A stretch of DNA of 64,000 bases from an uncultured Nitrospiraceae bacterium. GTDB taxonomy: Bacteria > Hydrogenedentota > Hydrogenedentia > Hydrogenedentales > SLHB01. The stretch is taken from contig CAYOCT010000024.1 in NCBI GenBank assembly GCA_964402555.1, positions 27,314 through 91,313 on the forward strand. The letters are read 5' to 3'. The position numbers were made by a program, and so were the translations under genes. The notes beneath the pieces are model-generated. The model did no database searches and was not told where the DNA came from. It saw only the letters and a list, made by a program, of their open reading frames with translations. Below, one piece after another: positions 45,870-55,385 of this stretch (the stretch's first letter is position 1; each line of letters opens with the position of its first letter).

Positions 45870-47396
45870 TTGATTTGCGCCAGCGGCCCACATAGAATCC
45901 TTTGCGTGGACACCGGCGACAACTCGAAACGCGGTGCATGGCGCGATTGCCTTGGGTTTCTCGCGCTGGCATTGGTGTATCGAATCGTCTACCTGCTGCT
46001 CATGCCGCGCGTGCTGGACAGCGCGGACGCCATCCACTACATCGACACCGCGAAGCACTTCGCAATGGGCGATTTCTGGGGCTTCAACGCGAAGATCCCA
46101 ATCCTCTATCCGCTGCTTGCGGCGGCAGTTCATTCCGTCATGTCCGACTACGAATGGTCGTGCGTCGTCGTGTCGCTGATCGCGTCGACGCTGCTCATAC
46201 TTCCGGTCTACAACCTCTCCCGTGACCTGCACGGCAGGTCCGCGGCGCGCGTGATGGCCTTGCTCGTTGCGATCTGGCCATGGCTCGTCGACTACGCGTC
46301 GCGCGTCGGGCCGGATGCGCTTGGCTGCACGTTGTGGTTTATGTCGATATGGACCTTTGCGCGTGCGATGCGCCGTGGCGGCGCGTGGATCCCCGCATCC
46401 GCGTTCGCGTTCTTCGGGCTGCATCTCACGCGGCCGGAAGGCACGGTGCTTCTCGGGGCCGCGTGCCTCGCGGTATTCTTCTTCTGCGTCGACGCCGAAC
46501 GCGGCACGCGCGATTGGCGGGTGCTCGCGCGCTTGCTTCCCTTCGCAATTCTGAGCGCGATCCTACTTGGCGCCTACGTGCTCTACATGCGCTCGCTCAC
46601 CGGGTCCGCCACAATCAATTACCGGGCGCATTTCATCGTCGAGGAATTCGTCTTCACGCGGATGGCTGCGACGGCCGTGCGGACCTTTAGCGACGTGCTG
46701 CCCGTCATGTTGGGACCGGTCTTGTTGCTGTTTCTTGGCGCGGGGTTCTTCATGCGTGGCGGCGAAACCGCGCCGCGGCGCGACTTCCGGTTCGAGGCGT
46801 ACGTCTTGTTCTTCGCCGCGGTTCAATGGGCGGCCAGCTTGTCTGTCCTCTCGCCAGAGCCGCGCTACCTCATGTCGACCGTCGTCGCGCTCGCGTTATG
46901 GTCCGCGCGCGGGATTGCCGTCGTGGGCAGCGCCGCCGCGGACTTGAAACACGGCCGCGCCCTGCGCGTTCTTCCCGTCGCGGCTATGGTCGCGATGATG
47001 CTGCTGGGCGTCGCGACGAGCATCGCCGCGCAGCACCTGGATCGCCAGCCGGCCCAGCCGCTCGAATACAAGATGGCCGGACGCTGGATGAAAGCGCATC
47101 TCGATCCCGGTCTCATCTTCACGCGCAAACCGCAGATCGGCTACTACGCGGACATGCCGTCGTCCGGCCCCGACACGCGCGACACGTTGCCCGAAGCGAT
47201 TGCCCGCGCACGGAACATCGGCGCAAGGTACGTCGTCGTCGACGAGCGCTACACCGCGCAGATGACGCCGAGCCTTGCGGCGTTACTCGACCCGGCGCAA
47301 GCTCCCGCCGATCTCGAACTCATCCAATCGTTCAATCCGTTTCCACGCTCGCGCGTCGTCGTGTATCGACTACTCCCCACGCCCGCGGGATCGTGA
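45870..47396 (+). CDS. GT39/ArnT-like membrane glycosyltransferase
   Basis: Polytopic membrane protein of 508 aa with a PMT/ArnT-like N-terminal layout. A periplasmic C-terminal domain follows the last TM segment. Confidence 0.65.
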   Translation: MICASGPHRILCVDTGDNSKRGAWRDCLGFLALALVYRIVYLLLMPRVLDSADAIHYIDTAKHFAMGDFWGFNAKIPILYPLLAAAVHSVMSDYEWSCVVVSLIASTLLILPVYNLSRDLHGRSAARVMALLVAIWPWLVDYASRVGPDALGCTLWFMSIWTFARAMRRGGAWIPASAFAFFGLHLTRPEGTVLLGAACLAVFFFCVDAERGTRDWRVLARLLPFAILSAILLGAYVLYMRSLTGSATINYRAHFIVEEFVFTRMAATAVRTFSDVLPVMLGPVLLLFLGAGFFMRGGETAPRRDFRFEAYVLFFAAVQWAASLSVLSPEPRYLMSTVVALALWSARGIAVVGSAAADLKHGRALRVLPVAAMVAMMLLGVATSIAAQHLDRQPAQPLEYKMAGRWMKAHLDPGLIFTRKPQIGYYADMPSSGPDTRDTLPEAIARARNIGARYVVVDERYTAQMTPSLAALLDPAQAPADLELIQSFNPFPRSRVVVYRLLPTPAGS

Positions 47397-47402
47397 CGCC
47401 CC

Positions 47403-48224
47403 ATGCGGACGCTGGTCATTCACGCGGGCGGCATCGGCGATTTGCTGTTGGCGGGGCCTTCGATTAAAGAACTGGCGCGCGAAGGCCCGGTCGATCTCGC
47501 CGGAATCCGGAGCCGTCTCGAATTGCTCGTCGCGGGCGGCGTCGCGCAGACGGCGCACGACCTCGCGCACTTCGATTTCGAGAGCGTGTTCGTCGAACCC
47601 AGCGAGCGATTCCGCGAACGGATGCGTCTCTACGATCGCTGCGTGGTCTGGATGCGCGACGACGGCACGATCCGCGAGGCGTTGCACGCGTGCGGTGTTG
47701 CAGATGTTCGCGTATTTCCAGGCCTGCCTCCGCCGGACTGGAACCGGCATGCGTCGGAGTATTATTTCGAATGCCTTGGCATCGAGCGTGCCGAACCGTT
47801 GCGGCTCGCAATCCCGCCCGCTGCGAGTGCGTTCGATATCGTCATTCATCCCGGCAGCGGAAGTCCGCGCAAGAACTGGCCGCTCGAACGATTCCAAATC
47901 GTAGCGGACAAGCGGCAAGAAGCGGGGCGCAACGTAGGATGGTGCGCAGGTCCCGCGGAAGAGACGCTGCTCCCGCACGGAACGCCGGTCCTAAGATGCG
48001 ATTCGTTGGTGGCCCTTGCGCGTGAACTGGCCGCCGCGCCGTGGTATCTTGGAAACGACAGCGGCATCACGCATCTTGCCGCGGCGTGCGGCGCGCGCAC
48101 CGTGGCCGTCTTCGGGCCGACCGATCCGGCGGTATGGGCGCCGCGCGGCGAGAGAGTGGCGGTAATGCGCGGCACGCCGTGGCCCGATGTGAATGACGTG
48201 CTCGATGCCCTGGCGATTCAGTAG
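47403..48224 (+). CDS. glycosyltransferase family 9 (LPS heptosyltransferase-like)
   Basis: Carries HPGSGSPRKNWP and the C-terminal LGNDSGITHLAAACG motif characteristic of GT9. Confidence 0.75.
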   Translation: MRTLVIHAGGIGDLLLAGPSIKELAREGPVDLAGIRSRLELLVAGGVAQTAHDLAHFDFESVFVEPSERFRERMRLYDRCVVWMRDDGTIREALHACGVADVRVFPGLPPPDWNRHASEYYFECLGIERAEPLRLAIPPAASAFDIVIHPGSGSPRKNWPLERFQIVADKRQEAGRNVGWCAGPAEETLLPHGTPVLRCDSLVALARELAAAPWYLGNDSGITHLAAACGARTVAVFGPTDPAVWAPRGERVAVMRGTPWPDVNDVLDALAIQ

Positions 48225-48313
48225 CGTGTCTTGTCCGTGCTCGTCCGTGGTCGTCCGTGTCAAGTTATTCAGCGCATACAAACTAAGAACCACAACGCAA
48301 AAGGATTTCTCAG

Positions 48314-49417
48314 GTGGAAGGCCCCCGAGCAGTACGCATTGAAGAACTGCCGTCGTTGTCGCGATTGGTGGACACCGTATTCATGAACGGCGTGGAAGGC
48401 GCGATGTTCGGCTATTTCCCGCTCCTGTTCCATGTCAACAACTTGGAGAACTGTCTTGTCTCCGTCGAGAGCGGGGATGTCGTAAGCCACTTCGGCATGA
48501 TGTACCGTTACGCCTGCATTGACGGTTGTACCGTCAAGTTGGCGATGGTCGGTGCGGTCAGCACCTACGAGCAGCATCGCGGCCGGGGACTCGCAACAGA
48601 GATGTTCCGGGCTGCGCGAGCCAAAGCGCTGGCCGACGGCGTGGATTTCATGATGATCTCGGGCGATCGGAGCCTCTATTCGCGCGCGGGCGCAGCCGAG
48701 GTGGGCCTCGACGCCATAACCACGGTGGACGCGAACGTGGCGAAGGCGATTGCGTCGCGCAATGTAACCGTGGCGCCAATCGAGGCCGCCGGGCTTGACG
48801 CGTGCGTCGAGGCATACAACCGCCGCCGGGCACGCTTCGTGCGTCCCCGAGAAGAGTGGGACCTTCTGATGCGAACCGGGTGCGCGTGGTGCCAGGACGT
48901 GGATGTCGTGGCGGTCCTTCGTCGCGATCATATCCAGGGATACTTCGTCGTAGGCCGCCACGCAAAAGATGGCATCGTCCAAATCATCGAGCATGCCGGT
49001 GTGGACGACGACCTCGCGGCGGCCTTGCGCGCGCTGCAGCGCCAACGGAAATGCAAAGGTATCCATCTTCGCCTTCAGACCGAGGACCACCGGCTCAAGA
49101 CGCTGCTCGAAGGGGCAGGGGCGTCGTTCCAAACCGTCCCAACCGTAGGAACGTTTCTCATCCTCAACTTCGCGCAACTGATGGAGAAGTTGCGGCCGCG
49201 CATTGCCGCGCGCATCGGAACCGACGCGGCGACCACGATACGGTTCAACGAACAGGAAGGCCGCCTTGCCATCGCCGCAGGCCAATCCGCCTGCATCGAG
49301 GACCGCGCGGGGATGGCGCGTCTGCTGTTTGGCCACAGGGACCTTGCGCCCGTCTCGGGGTTGCTTGGGCGCATCCTGCCGATCCCGACGCTGTGGTATG
49401 GTACCAGCTACACTTGA
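48314..49417 (+). CDS. GNAT-family acetyltransferase with C-terminal extension (Eis-like architecture)
   Basis: Carries the acetyl-CoA binding motif QHRGRGLATEMF. 367 aa. Confidence 0.6.
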   Translation: MEGPRAVRIEELPSLSRLVDTVFMNGVEGAMFGYFPLLFHVNNLENCLVSVESGDVVSHFGMMYRYACIDGCTVKLAMVGAVSTYEQHRGRGLATEMFRAARAKALADGVDFMMISGDRSLYSRAGAAEVGLDAITTVDANVAKAIASRNVTVAPIEAAGLDACVEAYNRRRARFVRPREEWDLLMRTGCAWCQDVDVVAVLRRDHIQGYFVVGRHAKDGIVQIIEHAGVDDDLAAALRALQRQRKCKGIHLRLQTEDHRLKTLLEGAGASFQTVPTVGTFLILNFAQLMEKLRPRIAARIGTDAATTIRFNEQEGRLAIAAGQSACIEDRAGMARLLFGHRDLAPVSGLLGRILPIPTLWYGTSYT

Positions 49418-49448
49418 TTCAGGAGTCGTTCGAGGAGAGCGGAGCGCC

Positions 49449-51362
49449 ATGAGAAGATTCGTGTGGTGCGCAATCGCGCTGATGCTGGCGGGAGGGGTTT
49501 GGGCGGACGAACGCATTCTCAGGTTCGACAGCGACATTACCGTGAAGCCGGACGGGGTGATGATTGTGCGCGAAACGATCAAGGTCCGTTCCGAAGCGCT
49601 CCAGATCAATCACGGCATTTACCGCGACATCCCGATCCAATATCAGGACACCTCCGGCGCGCCGCACGACGTGAGGCTCAGGTTTCTCGACCTCACGCGG
49701 GACGGCAAACCGGAAGATCATCACAGCGACTCGAGTTCGAGCGAAATGATACGCTTCTACTTCGGAAAGAGAATGGTGACGCTCCCGCCGGGCGAGTATA
49801 CGTATGTCTTCACCTACAAGATCGAGGACGAGATCGGATACTTCCCCGAACACGACGAATTGTATTGGAACGTGACCGGCAACGGCTGGCAGTTCCCGAT
49901 CGACGCGGCCTCCGTCAAGATACGCCTGCCTCAACCCGTGCCGGCCTCTGACCTCCGCCTGGACGGCTACACCGGCCCCGAGGGCGCGAAGGGCACGCTC
50001 TACGAAGACGAAGTCACCGAGCCGGGCTGCGCATGGTTCGCCTCAACGCAGCCCTTGGAACCGCACGAGGGGCTGACCGTATGCGTGGGATTTCCCAAGG
50101 GCATCGTCCACCAGCCTGACCCGTCGGAGCGAAAGCCTTTCACGTTGTCGAACAGCCCCGGAGCCCTCGCGGCGTTCGCAGGACTGTTCCTGGTCTTCGC
50201 GTACTATTTCGTCATCTGGGCGCTGGTAGGCAAAGACCCGTCGGCCGGCCCGATTCTGCCGCGCGAAGCCCCACCTGAGGGCTTCTCGCCCGCCATGGTT
50301 CGATATCTGCGGCGCATGGGATTCGATAGCCAGGCCTTCACGGCGGCGCTGGTCAACATGGCGGTCAAGGGCCACTTCCGGATCGAAGAGGCCGACGGCA
50401 AGTACTTCCTTGCGCGAGACGCAAGCGGCGAGGAAGCGGAACTGTCTCGCGAGGAGTACAAGGTCAAAGACATCCTCCTGGGAGGACGAGACGAGTTTGT
50501 TGTGGAACAGAAGAATCACACCACCCTTTCGTCCGCTATGCAGGCCTGCAAGAAATCGCTCGAACTCGCCGTCACGATCAAGTACTTCCAGACGAATCGC
50601 AAATACTTCTACGTCGGCCTTGCCCTTTCGATAGCGGTCGCGGCGGGCTCGGCCGTGTTGTCCGTCAGCGCGGACAACATCCCGCCGGCCATCTTCATGG
50701 CCATCTGGCTTTCGGGCTGGACCACGGGCGTCGCCTTCCTCACCGTCACCGTCCTGTCGCTGTGGAAATCGGCCCTGGGCGGGGCATGGAGCAACATCCC
50801 CGGAGCGATCTTCATGACCGCATTCGCGACGCCCTTCTTCGCAGGCGAGTGTTTCGGGGCGTATATGATGTCTGCCATTGTAACGCCGGAAGTCGTGGGC
50901 GCCTTGATGGCCATCGGGCTGGTCAACCTGATCTTCTTCAAGCTGCTCAAAGCCCCGACGGCCCTCGGCAGACGCGTGCTCGACGAGATCGAAGGCTTCC
51001 GCACCTTCCTGAGCGGCAACCATTGCTTCGGTCCCGACGCTGACCCCGAAGAATCGTCCCAACGCTACCAGCAATTCCTCCCCTACGCGATAGCGCTCGA
51101 CCAAGAGAAAGGCTGGTCGCTCGAATTCAACAACGCCCTCGAAAAGGCGGGCATCTCGCCGCAAGACCACTCCTACTCCCCACGCTGGTACACCGGAAAC
51201 CGCTGGGATACCGCCGGCGCGACAGGCCTGGCAGCGGGATTGGGCAGTGCATTCGCAAGTACCGTGTCCTCCGCGTCCACGTCACCCTCCTCGCGCTCTG
51301 GTGGCGGCGGAGGCGGCTCGTCCGGTGGCGGGGGCGGAGGCGGCGGGGGTGGAGGCTGGTAA
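49449..51362 (+). CDS. DUF2207 membrane protein with poly-Gly/Ser C-terminal tail
   Basis: MRRFVWCAIALM signal with start at 49449. A long extracellular N-domain is followed by several TM helices. The C-terminus is SRSGGGGGGSSGGGGGGGGGGGW. Confidence 0.75.
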   Translation: MRRFVWCAIALMLAGGVWADERILRFDSDITVKPDGVMIVRETIKVRSEALQINHGIYRDIPIQYQDTSGAPHDVRLRFLDLTRDGKPEDHHSDSSSSEMIRFYFGKRMVTLPPGEYTYVFTYKIEDEIGYFPEHDELYWNVTGNGWQFPIDAASVKIRLPQPVPASDLRLDGYTGPEGAKGTLYEDEVTEPGCAWFASTQPLEPHEGLTVCVGFPKGIVHQPDPSERKPFTLSNSPGALAAFAGLFLVFAYYFVIWALVGKDPSAGPILPREAPPEGFSPAMVRYLRRMGFDSQAFTAALVNMAVKGHFRIEEADGKYFLARDASGEEAELSREEYKVKDILLGGRDEFVVEQKNHTTLSSAMQACKKSLELAVTIKYFQTNRKYFYVGLALSIAVAAGSAVLSVSADNIPPAIFMAIWLSGWTTGVAFLTVTVLSLWKSALGGAWSNIPGAIFMTAFATPFFAGECFGAYMMSAIVTPEVVGALMAIGLVNLIFFKLLKAPTALGRRVLDEIEGFRTFLSGNHCFGPDADPEESSQRYQQFLPYAIALDQEKGWSLEFNNALEKAGISPQDHSYSPRWYTGNRWDTAGATGLAAGLGSAFASTVSSASTSPSSRSGGGGGGSSGGGGGGGGGGGW

Positions 51363-51363
51363 G

Positions 51364-52140
51364 ATGATCCAAGTCCGCGACTTCGAGGCTGTTCGCGCCG
51401 CAGCGCCGTTTCGTGTGGCGCATCGCGGGGGCGTTATCACGCCCGAGTCGCCGGAAAACACGTTGCGCGCGATCGAACTTGCGGCGGAATATGGCTACGC
51501 CATGGTCGAACTCGATGTCATGGAATCCGCGGACGCCGAACCGGTACTCCTGCACGATGGCCTCTTCATCAACTGTGGCGTCGACCGGCGCGTATGCGAT
51601 CTGCCAAGCGCGGAGTTGACCCAGATCCACTATCGGGCGAGCGACAAGACTATCCTTTCGTTGGCGGATGCCATCGACGTGTGCGCCCGGCTTGGCCTTG
51701 GCTTGATGCTGGACAAGTTGTGCCGCGACGACCCGGCGTCGCCGGAGATGTCGGACGCATGTTTGGACCGCGTGGCGTCGCTGATTCGCGATGCGGGACT
51801 CGCCGATTCGACGGTCGCCATCGTGGACTCGCCCAGGTTGCGCGAACGCCTTGCAGACGTGGCCCTGTTCCGTTTGCCCATGGCCGAGTATCGGCGGATG
51901 TTGCAGGGCGGCGATGCTTCCCTCGATGGCCAGTTCTGGTTCGGATGGGCGGCGGAACTGCCCAGTCGCGCGTTGCCCATACTGCACGACCGCGGCCTAT
52001 TCGCCATCGTGTCGATCAACACCTTCCACTATCCCCACCACGCGCCCCGTGCGCTGGCCGCCGCCGATATCCAGCGCCTCCTCGCAGCCGGAACGGATGG
52101 CTTCCAAATCGACAGCATGTACGAGACGTGTTTCGCCTGA
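51364..52140 (+). CDS. glycerophosphodiester phosphodiesterase family protein
   Basis: Carries the GDPD signature VAHRGG...PENTLRAIELAAEYGYAMVELDV. 1-bp gap after the upstream gene. Confidence 0.7.
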   Translation: MIQVRDFEAVRAAAPFRVAHRGGVITPESPENTLRAIELAAEYGYAMVELDVMESADAEPVLLHDGLFINCGVDRRVCDLPSAELTQIHYRASDKTILSLADAIDVCARLGLGLMLDKLCRDDPASPEMSDACLDRVASLIRDAGLADSTVAIVDSPRLRERLADVALFRLPMAEYRRMLQGGDASLDGQFWFGWAAELPSRALPILHDRGLFAIVSINTFHYPHHAPRALAAADIQRLLAAGTDGFQIDSMYETCFA

Positions 52141-52224
52141 GTTCAGTTCGATTTGAACAAATCCGCGCCGAAACTGTTATAGAATTGAAAGCCATACGGC
52201 GGGTTATCCGGGTGGGATGAACCT

Positions 52225-52758
52225 ATGAAGACATCGGCGTTGAGCAAGGAAGCCTGGGTCGTGGCGGCGCTCGAACGGTACCAGCGGCCGCTGGTCCAGT
52301 ACGCGTTCCGCATCACGGGCAAGGTCGAGTCGGCCCGGGACGTGGTCCAGGAAACCTTCCTCAAGCTCTGCGCGGCGGACCGCGCCGCGGTCGAGGACCA
52401 TCTGGCCGCATGGCTGTATACGGTGTGCCGGAACCACGCGCTGAACGTGCGCCGGAAGGAGGCCCGTGAAATGGAATGGGACGCGCAGCAAACCGAAGCG
52501 CCCAGCGGCGATGACGTCGGCGAGACCGCCGCGCGCAACGAAATCCGCGGGCGGGTGCTCGAGGTCGTCGAGCGCCTGCCACAGGATCAGCAGGAGGCAT
52601 TCCATCTCAAGTTCCGCGACGGTCTGAACTATCGCGAAATCAGCGCGGTGATGGGCGTCTCGTTGGGCACGGTCAGCAATCTGGTCACGGCCGCGCTGAA
52701 CCGCATCCGCCACGAACTCAGGTCCGACCTGGACCTTGCCAACACGCAGGAGGTCTAG
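52225..52758 (+). CDS. RNA polymerase ECF sigma factor
   Basis: Region 2 (VQETFLKL...WLYTVCRNHALN) and region 4 (YREISAVMGVSLGTVSNL) are both present. Confidence 0.85.
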   Translation: MKTSALSKEAWVVAALERYQRPLVQYAFRITGKVESARDVVQETFLKLCAADRAAVEDHLAAWLYTVCRNHALNVRRKEAREMEWDAQQTEAPSGDDVGETAARNEIRGRVLEVVERLPQDQQEAFHLKFRDGLNYREISAVMGVSLGTVSNLVTAALNRIRHELRSDLDLANTQEV

Positions 52759-52760
52759 CC

Positions 52761-54173
52761 ATGACGACGCAATGGAACGACGAACATCTGGCGGCCTACG
52801 CCTTGAACGAAATGGAAGCATCCGATCGCGCGGCACTCGAAGCCTACCTGCAAACCGACGAGGCGGCGCGCCATACGGTCGACGAATTCCGCGCGGCAGC
52901 CAAGTTGGCCACAACGGCGTTGAGCGACGCGGCAAACATGGGATTGACGCCCGAACAAGAACGCGTGGTCCGCGTAGAGGCCAGGAGCGAGTCTTCAGTA
53001 CAGGCGTCGGAAAACCGGATACGACATTTCCCGCTCAAGCGTTTCGCGTTCGCCGCTGCACTTCTGGTCCTCGTCGCATCCGTGGTAGGGACCATCTTCG
53101 CAGGAAGCCTCCGGGCCTCGAGAAACGCCTACTTACAAATGAACTCTTTTCAGCCTTACCCAAATGCGGAGAGGCAAGTAGTTGCTGGCGGCCCAGTCAC
53201 GTTGCGGGGTCACACCTCCGCGACGCCATCTCCCGCGGCGGCACCCGCGGCGGAAGTCAAGGATACCCAGCAGCTCCAGTCTCTCGGCTACCTCGACAAA
53301 GAGACGCCCGGAAGGCCGGGATCACAGCTAACGGGCATGGGAGGTGGAGGAGGCGGAGGAGGAATGGGAGGGTATGGCGGTGGTCTCGCAGCAGGAACCG
53401 AAATCCACGATCTGGTACTGAGCTACAATGCCAACGCCGCGACATCCCCCGAACCCAAAGAGGCGAGCGCGAGCCAGCCCGTGAATGACACGGAGTCCCC
53501 CGAGCGCTATCTTATCAAGAATGCCACGCTGCAAATAGAAACCGACAACGTCGAGGACGCGAACAAACGCCTGGCGGAGTCGGTAATTGCAGCGGGCGGA
53601 TACATCTCGAACCTCAACGAGCAGGTCGACAATCTGGGCCGCCGCATGATCACGCTCCAGGCGCGCGTGCCGGCGGATAAGCTCGATGGGGCAGTCGGCA
53701 CGATCGAGTCGCTCGGGCGGCTTGTGAACAAACAGGTCAACACGGACGACGTAACCGAAGAGTACGTCGACACCGACGCGCGTATCCGCAACCTCAAGAA
53801 GACCGAAGAGCGGCTGCTGCAGCACTTGAGCCAGTCGATGTTGATGGAGAACACGCTCAAGGTCGAGCAGGAGATGACTCGCGTCCGCGAGCAACTCGAA
53901 CGCCTCGAAGGCCGGTTGCGGTACCTTGCGCACAGCGTGCGTTACTCGACCATCACCGTAAACCTTGTCGAGACGCCCAAGGCCGAACCGGTGCTCCCGC
54001 CGGAGACCTTCAGTACCGGCAAAGTCTTCTCAGAAGCCGCGCGTTCCCTGGTCGAATTCGGGCAAGGCGTATGGGTAAGAGCAATCTGGCTCGGCGTCTG
54101 GAGCCCGATATGGGGCATCATCTTGATCGTAGCATGGGCCGTCTATCGCCGGCTGCGTAGACCCGCCAAGTGA
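52761..54173 (+). CDS. anti-sigma factor with extracytoplasmic DUF4349-like coiled-coil domain and C-terminal TM
   Basis: Lies 3 bp after the sigma gene stop. It has an N-terminal anti-sigma helix, a TM segment at about residue 95-115, a Gly-rich linker, a coiled coil and a terminal TM segment (WLGVWSPIWGIILIVAWAVY). Confidence 0.65.
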   Translation: MTTQWNDEHLAAYALNEMEASDRAALEAYLQTDEAARHTVDEFRAAAKLATTALSDAANMGLTPEQERVVRVEARSESSVQASENRIRHFPLKRFAFAAALLVLVASVVGTIFAGSLRASRNAYLQMNSFQPYPNAERQVVAGGPVTLRGHTSATPSPAAAPAAEVKDTQQLQSLGYLDKETPGRPGSQLTGMGGGGGGGGMGGYGGGLAAGTEIHDLVLSYNANAATSPEPKEASASQPVNDTESPERYLIKNATLQIETDNVEDANKRLAESVIAAGGYISNLNEQVDNLGRRMITLQARVPADKLDGAVGTIESLGRLVNKQVNTDDVTEEYVDTDARIRNLKKTEERLLQHLSQSMLMENTLKVEQEMTRVREQLERLEGRLRYLAHSVRYSTITVNLVETPKAEPVLPPETFSTGKVFSEAARSLVEFGQGVWVRAIWLGVWSPIWGIILIVAWAVYRRLRRPAK

Positions 54174-54187
54174 GACCAACCCCAGAT

Positions 54188-54271
54188 TCGTAGGGTGCGT
54201 GAAGCGGAGCGGAACACACCGCAAACGAGGCACGATTGGTGCGTTCCGCTCCTCTTCACGCACCCTACGAA
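54188..54271. repeat. 84-bp palindrome whose right arm is repeated at 55181-55209
   Basis: ttcgtagggtgcgtgaagcggagcggaac ... gttccgctcctcttcacgcaccctacgaa, with one mismatch between the arms. Confidence 0.6.
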
Positions 54272-54417
54272 CTATGAGCCGAAACGCGGAAGACCACGGC
54301 ACACTTCGCAGGAGACCTAGACCGGCCAGCCCGTGTTGCAGCCGTTTGGCGCCGTGAGCCGATTGAACAACCTGTCAGGGAGAAAGACCGCAAGGCACTT
54401 CGAACGGGCTGGCTGGT

Positions 54418-55131
54418 TCAATCTGGGGAATACTGTAGACACGCGGCTTTCTTGAGGAACTGGCCCTTTTCGGCGGTCGACGAGAGAAACAAAGTCCATT
54501 CGCGAAGTGACTCATATACGTTCATATCCAGGAAGAGATCCAGCTTTCCGTCACCGTCAAGATCACCCGCCCACAACAACTCCGGAATGCAGTTGTTGGT
54601 GAATCCATCATGCCGAAGAAGCTCCTGCTTCTGATAATAGAGCCGGTAGTCCTTTATGCTTGTAAACTGTCCTTCCTTGCCTGTTGCCACAAGTTCAGGA
54701 CCGCCCTCGCCCCCCAAATGGACTCCCTGCGCACCACCCATCCCAATATCCGGCGCTAGGGGTATGAGCGGACAGACACCATCGAATACGGTTTTGACGG
54801 GACCTTCCTTGATGTTTGCGACGCCAGTGACCAAGAAGATAGGCTGACCTAGTTTCGATGAGATGGAAACTTGCTGACCAGTCTCTTCCCCTTCTTTGTC
54901 CACAACCGGGTCGTGACACCTCGCTACATGGACAACCACCTTCTTGACCTCATACGAGACTCCGAGACGGAACAACCCATAGTATTCATCGCCGGTGACG
55001 GCACTTGTCACGTCAGAAAGAAAGCTTCCTGTTACCAATAGTCGAGCGTTTTCACTTGCACCGTTGTCTTCCGAGGCGAAAGCAAGCTTTAGACAGCAGA
55101 AAATCACAGGCCACATGGCAATCCCCTTCAC
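54418..55131 (-). CDS. hypothetical secreted protein, low-GC (~52%), bracketed by direct repeats
   Basis: Signal peptide MKGIAMWPVIFCCLKLAFA. GC is clearly below the flanking DNA. No family was recognised. Confidence 0.5.
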   Translation of the reverse strand: MKGIAMWPVIFCCLKLAFASEDNGASENARLLVTGSFLSDVTSAVTGDEYYGLFRLGVSYEVKKVVVHVARCHDPVVDKEGEETGQQVSISSKLGQPIFLVTGVANIKEGPVKTVFDGVCPLIPLAPDIGMGGAQGVHLGGEGGPELVATGKEGQFTSIKDYRLYYQKQELLRHDGFTNNCIPELLWAGDLDGDGKLDLFLDMNVYESLREWTLFLSSTAEKGQFLKKAACLQYSPD

Positions 55132-55180
55132 TCTGTTCGCGCTAACGAGACAAGGCTTAGCAAACGTAGCGCGGCTGGTA

Positions 55181-55209
55181 CGTTCCGCTCCCTTTCACGC
55201 ACCCTACGA
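55181..55209. repeat. 29-bp direct repeat copy (cgttccgctccctttcacgcaccctacga)
   Basis: Matches 54243-54271 at 27 of 29 positions in the same orientation. Confidence 0.6.
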
Positions 55210-55385
55210 TCTTGACCGTAACACGACTCTCCCTGTTTTCCCAATGCTTGGTACGCGACAATAGTCCAGTTACCTATTTCTCAATCACCTAGAACGAGGC
55301 GCGCACCCCTTTACTTTCTGCGCGGGTACGATCCTTTAGTTTCTGATACCATGAATGCTAAACGCAAACTGGAGGTTAGTCCGCA

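Noticed and set aside
51296-51360. G-rich tract as a possible sequencing or assembly artefact
   Set aside because: The tract stays in frame with the DUF2207 ORF and ends at a proper stop. Gly-rich tails are plausible for this family. It is flagged only as a low-interest finding.
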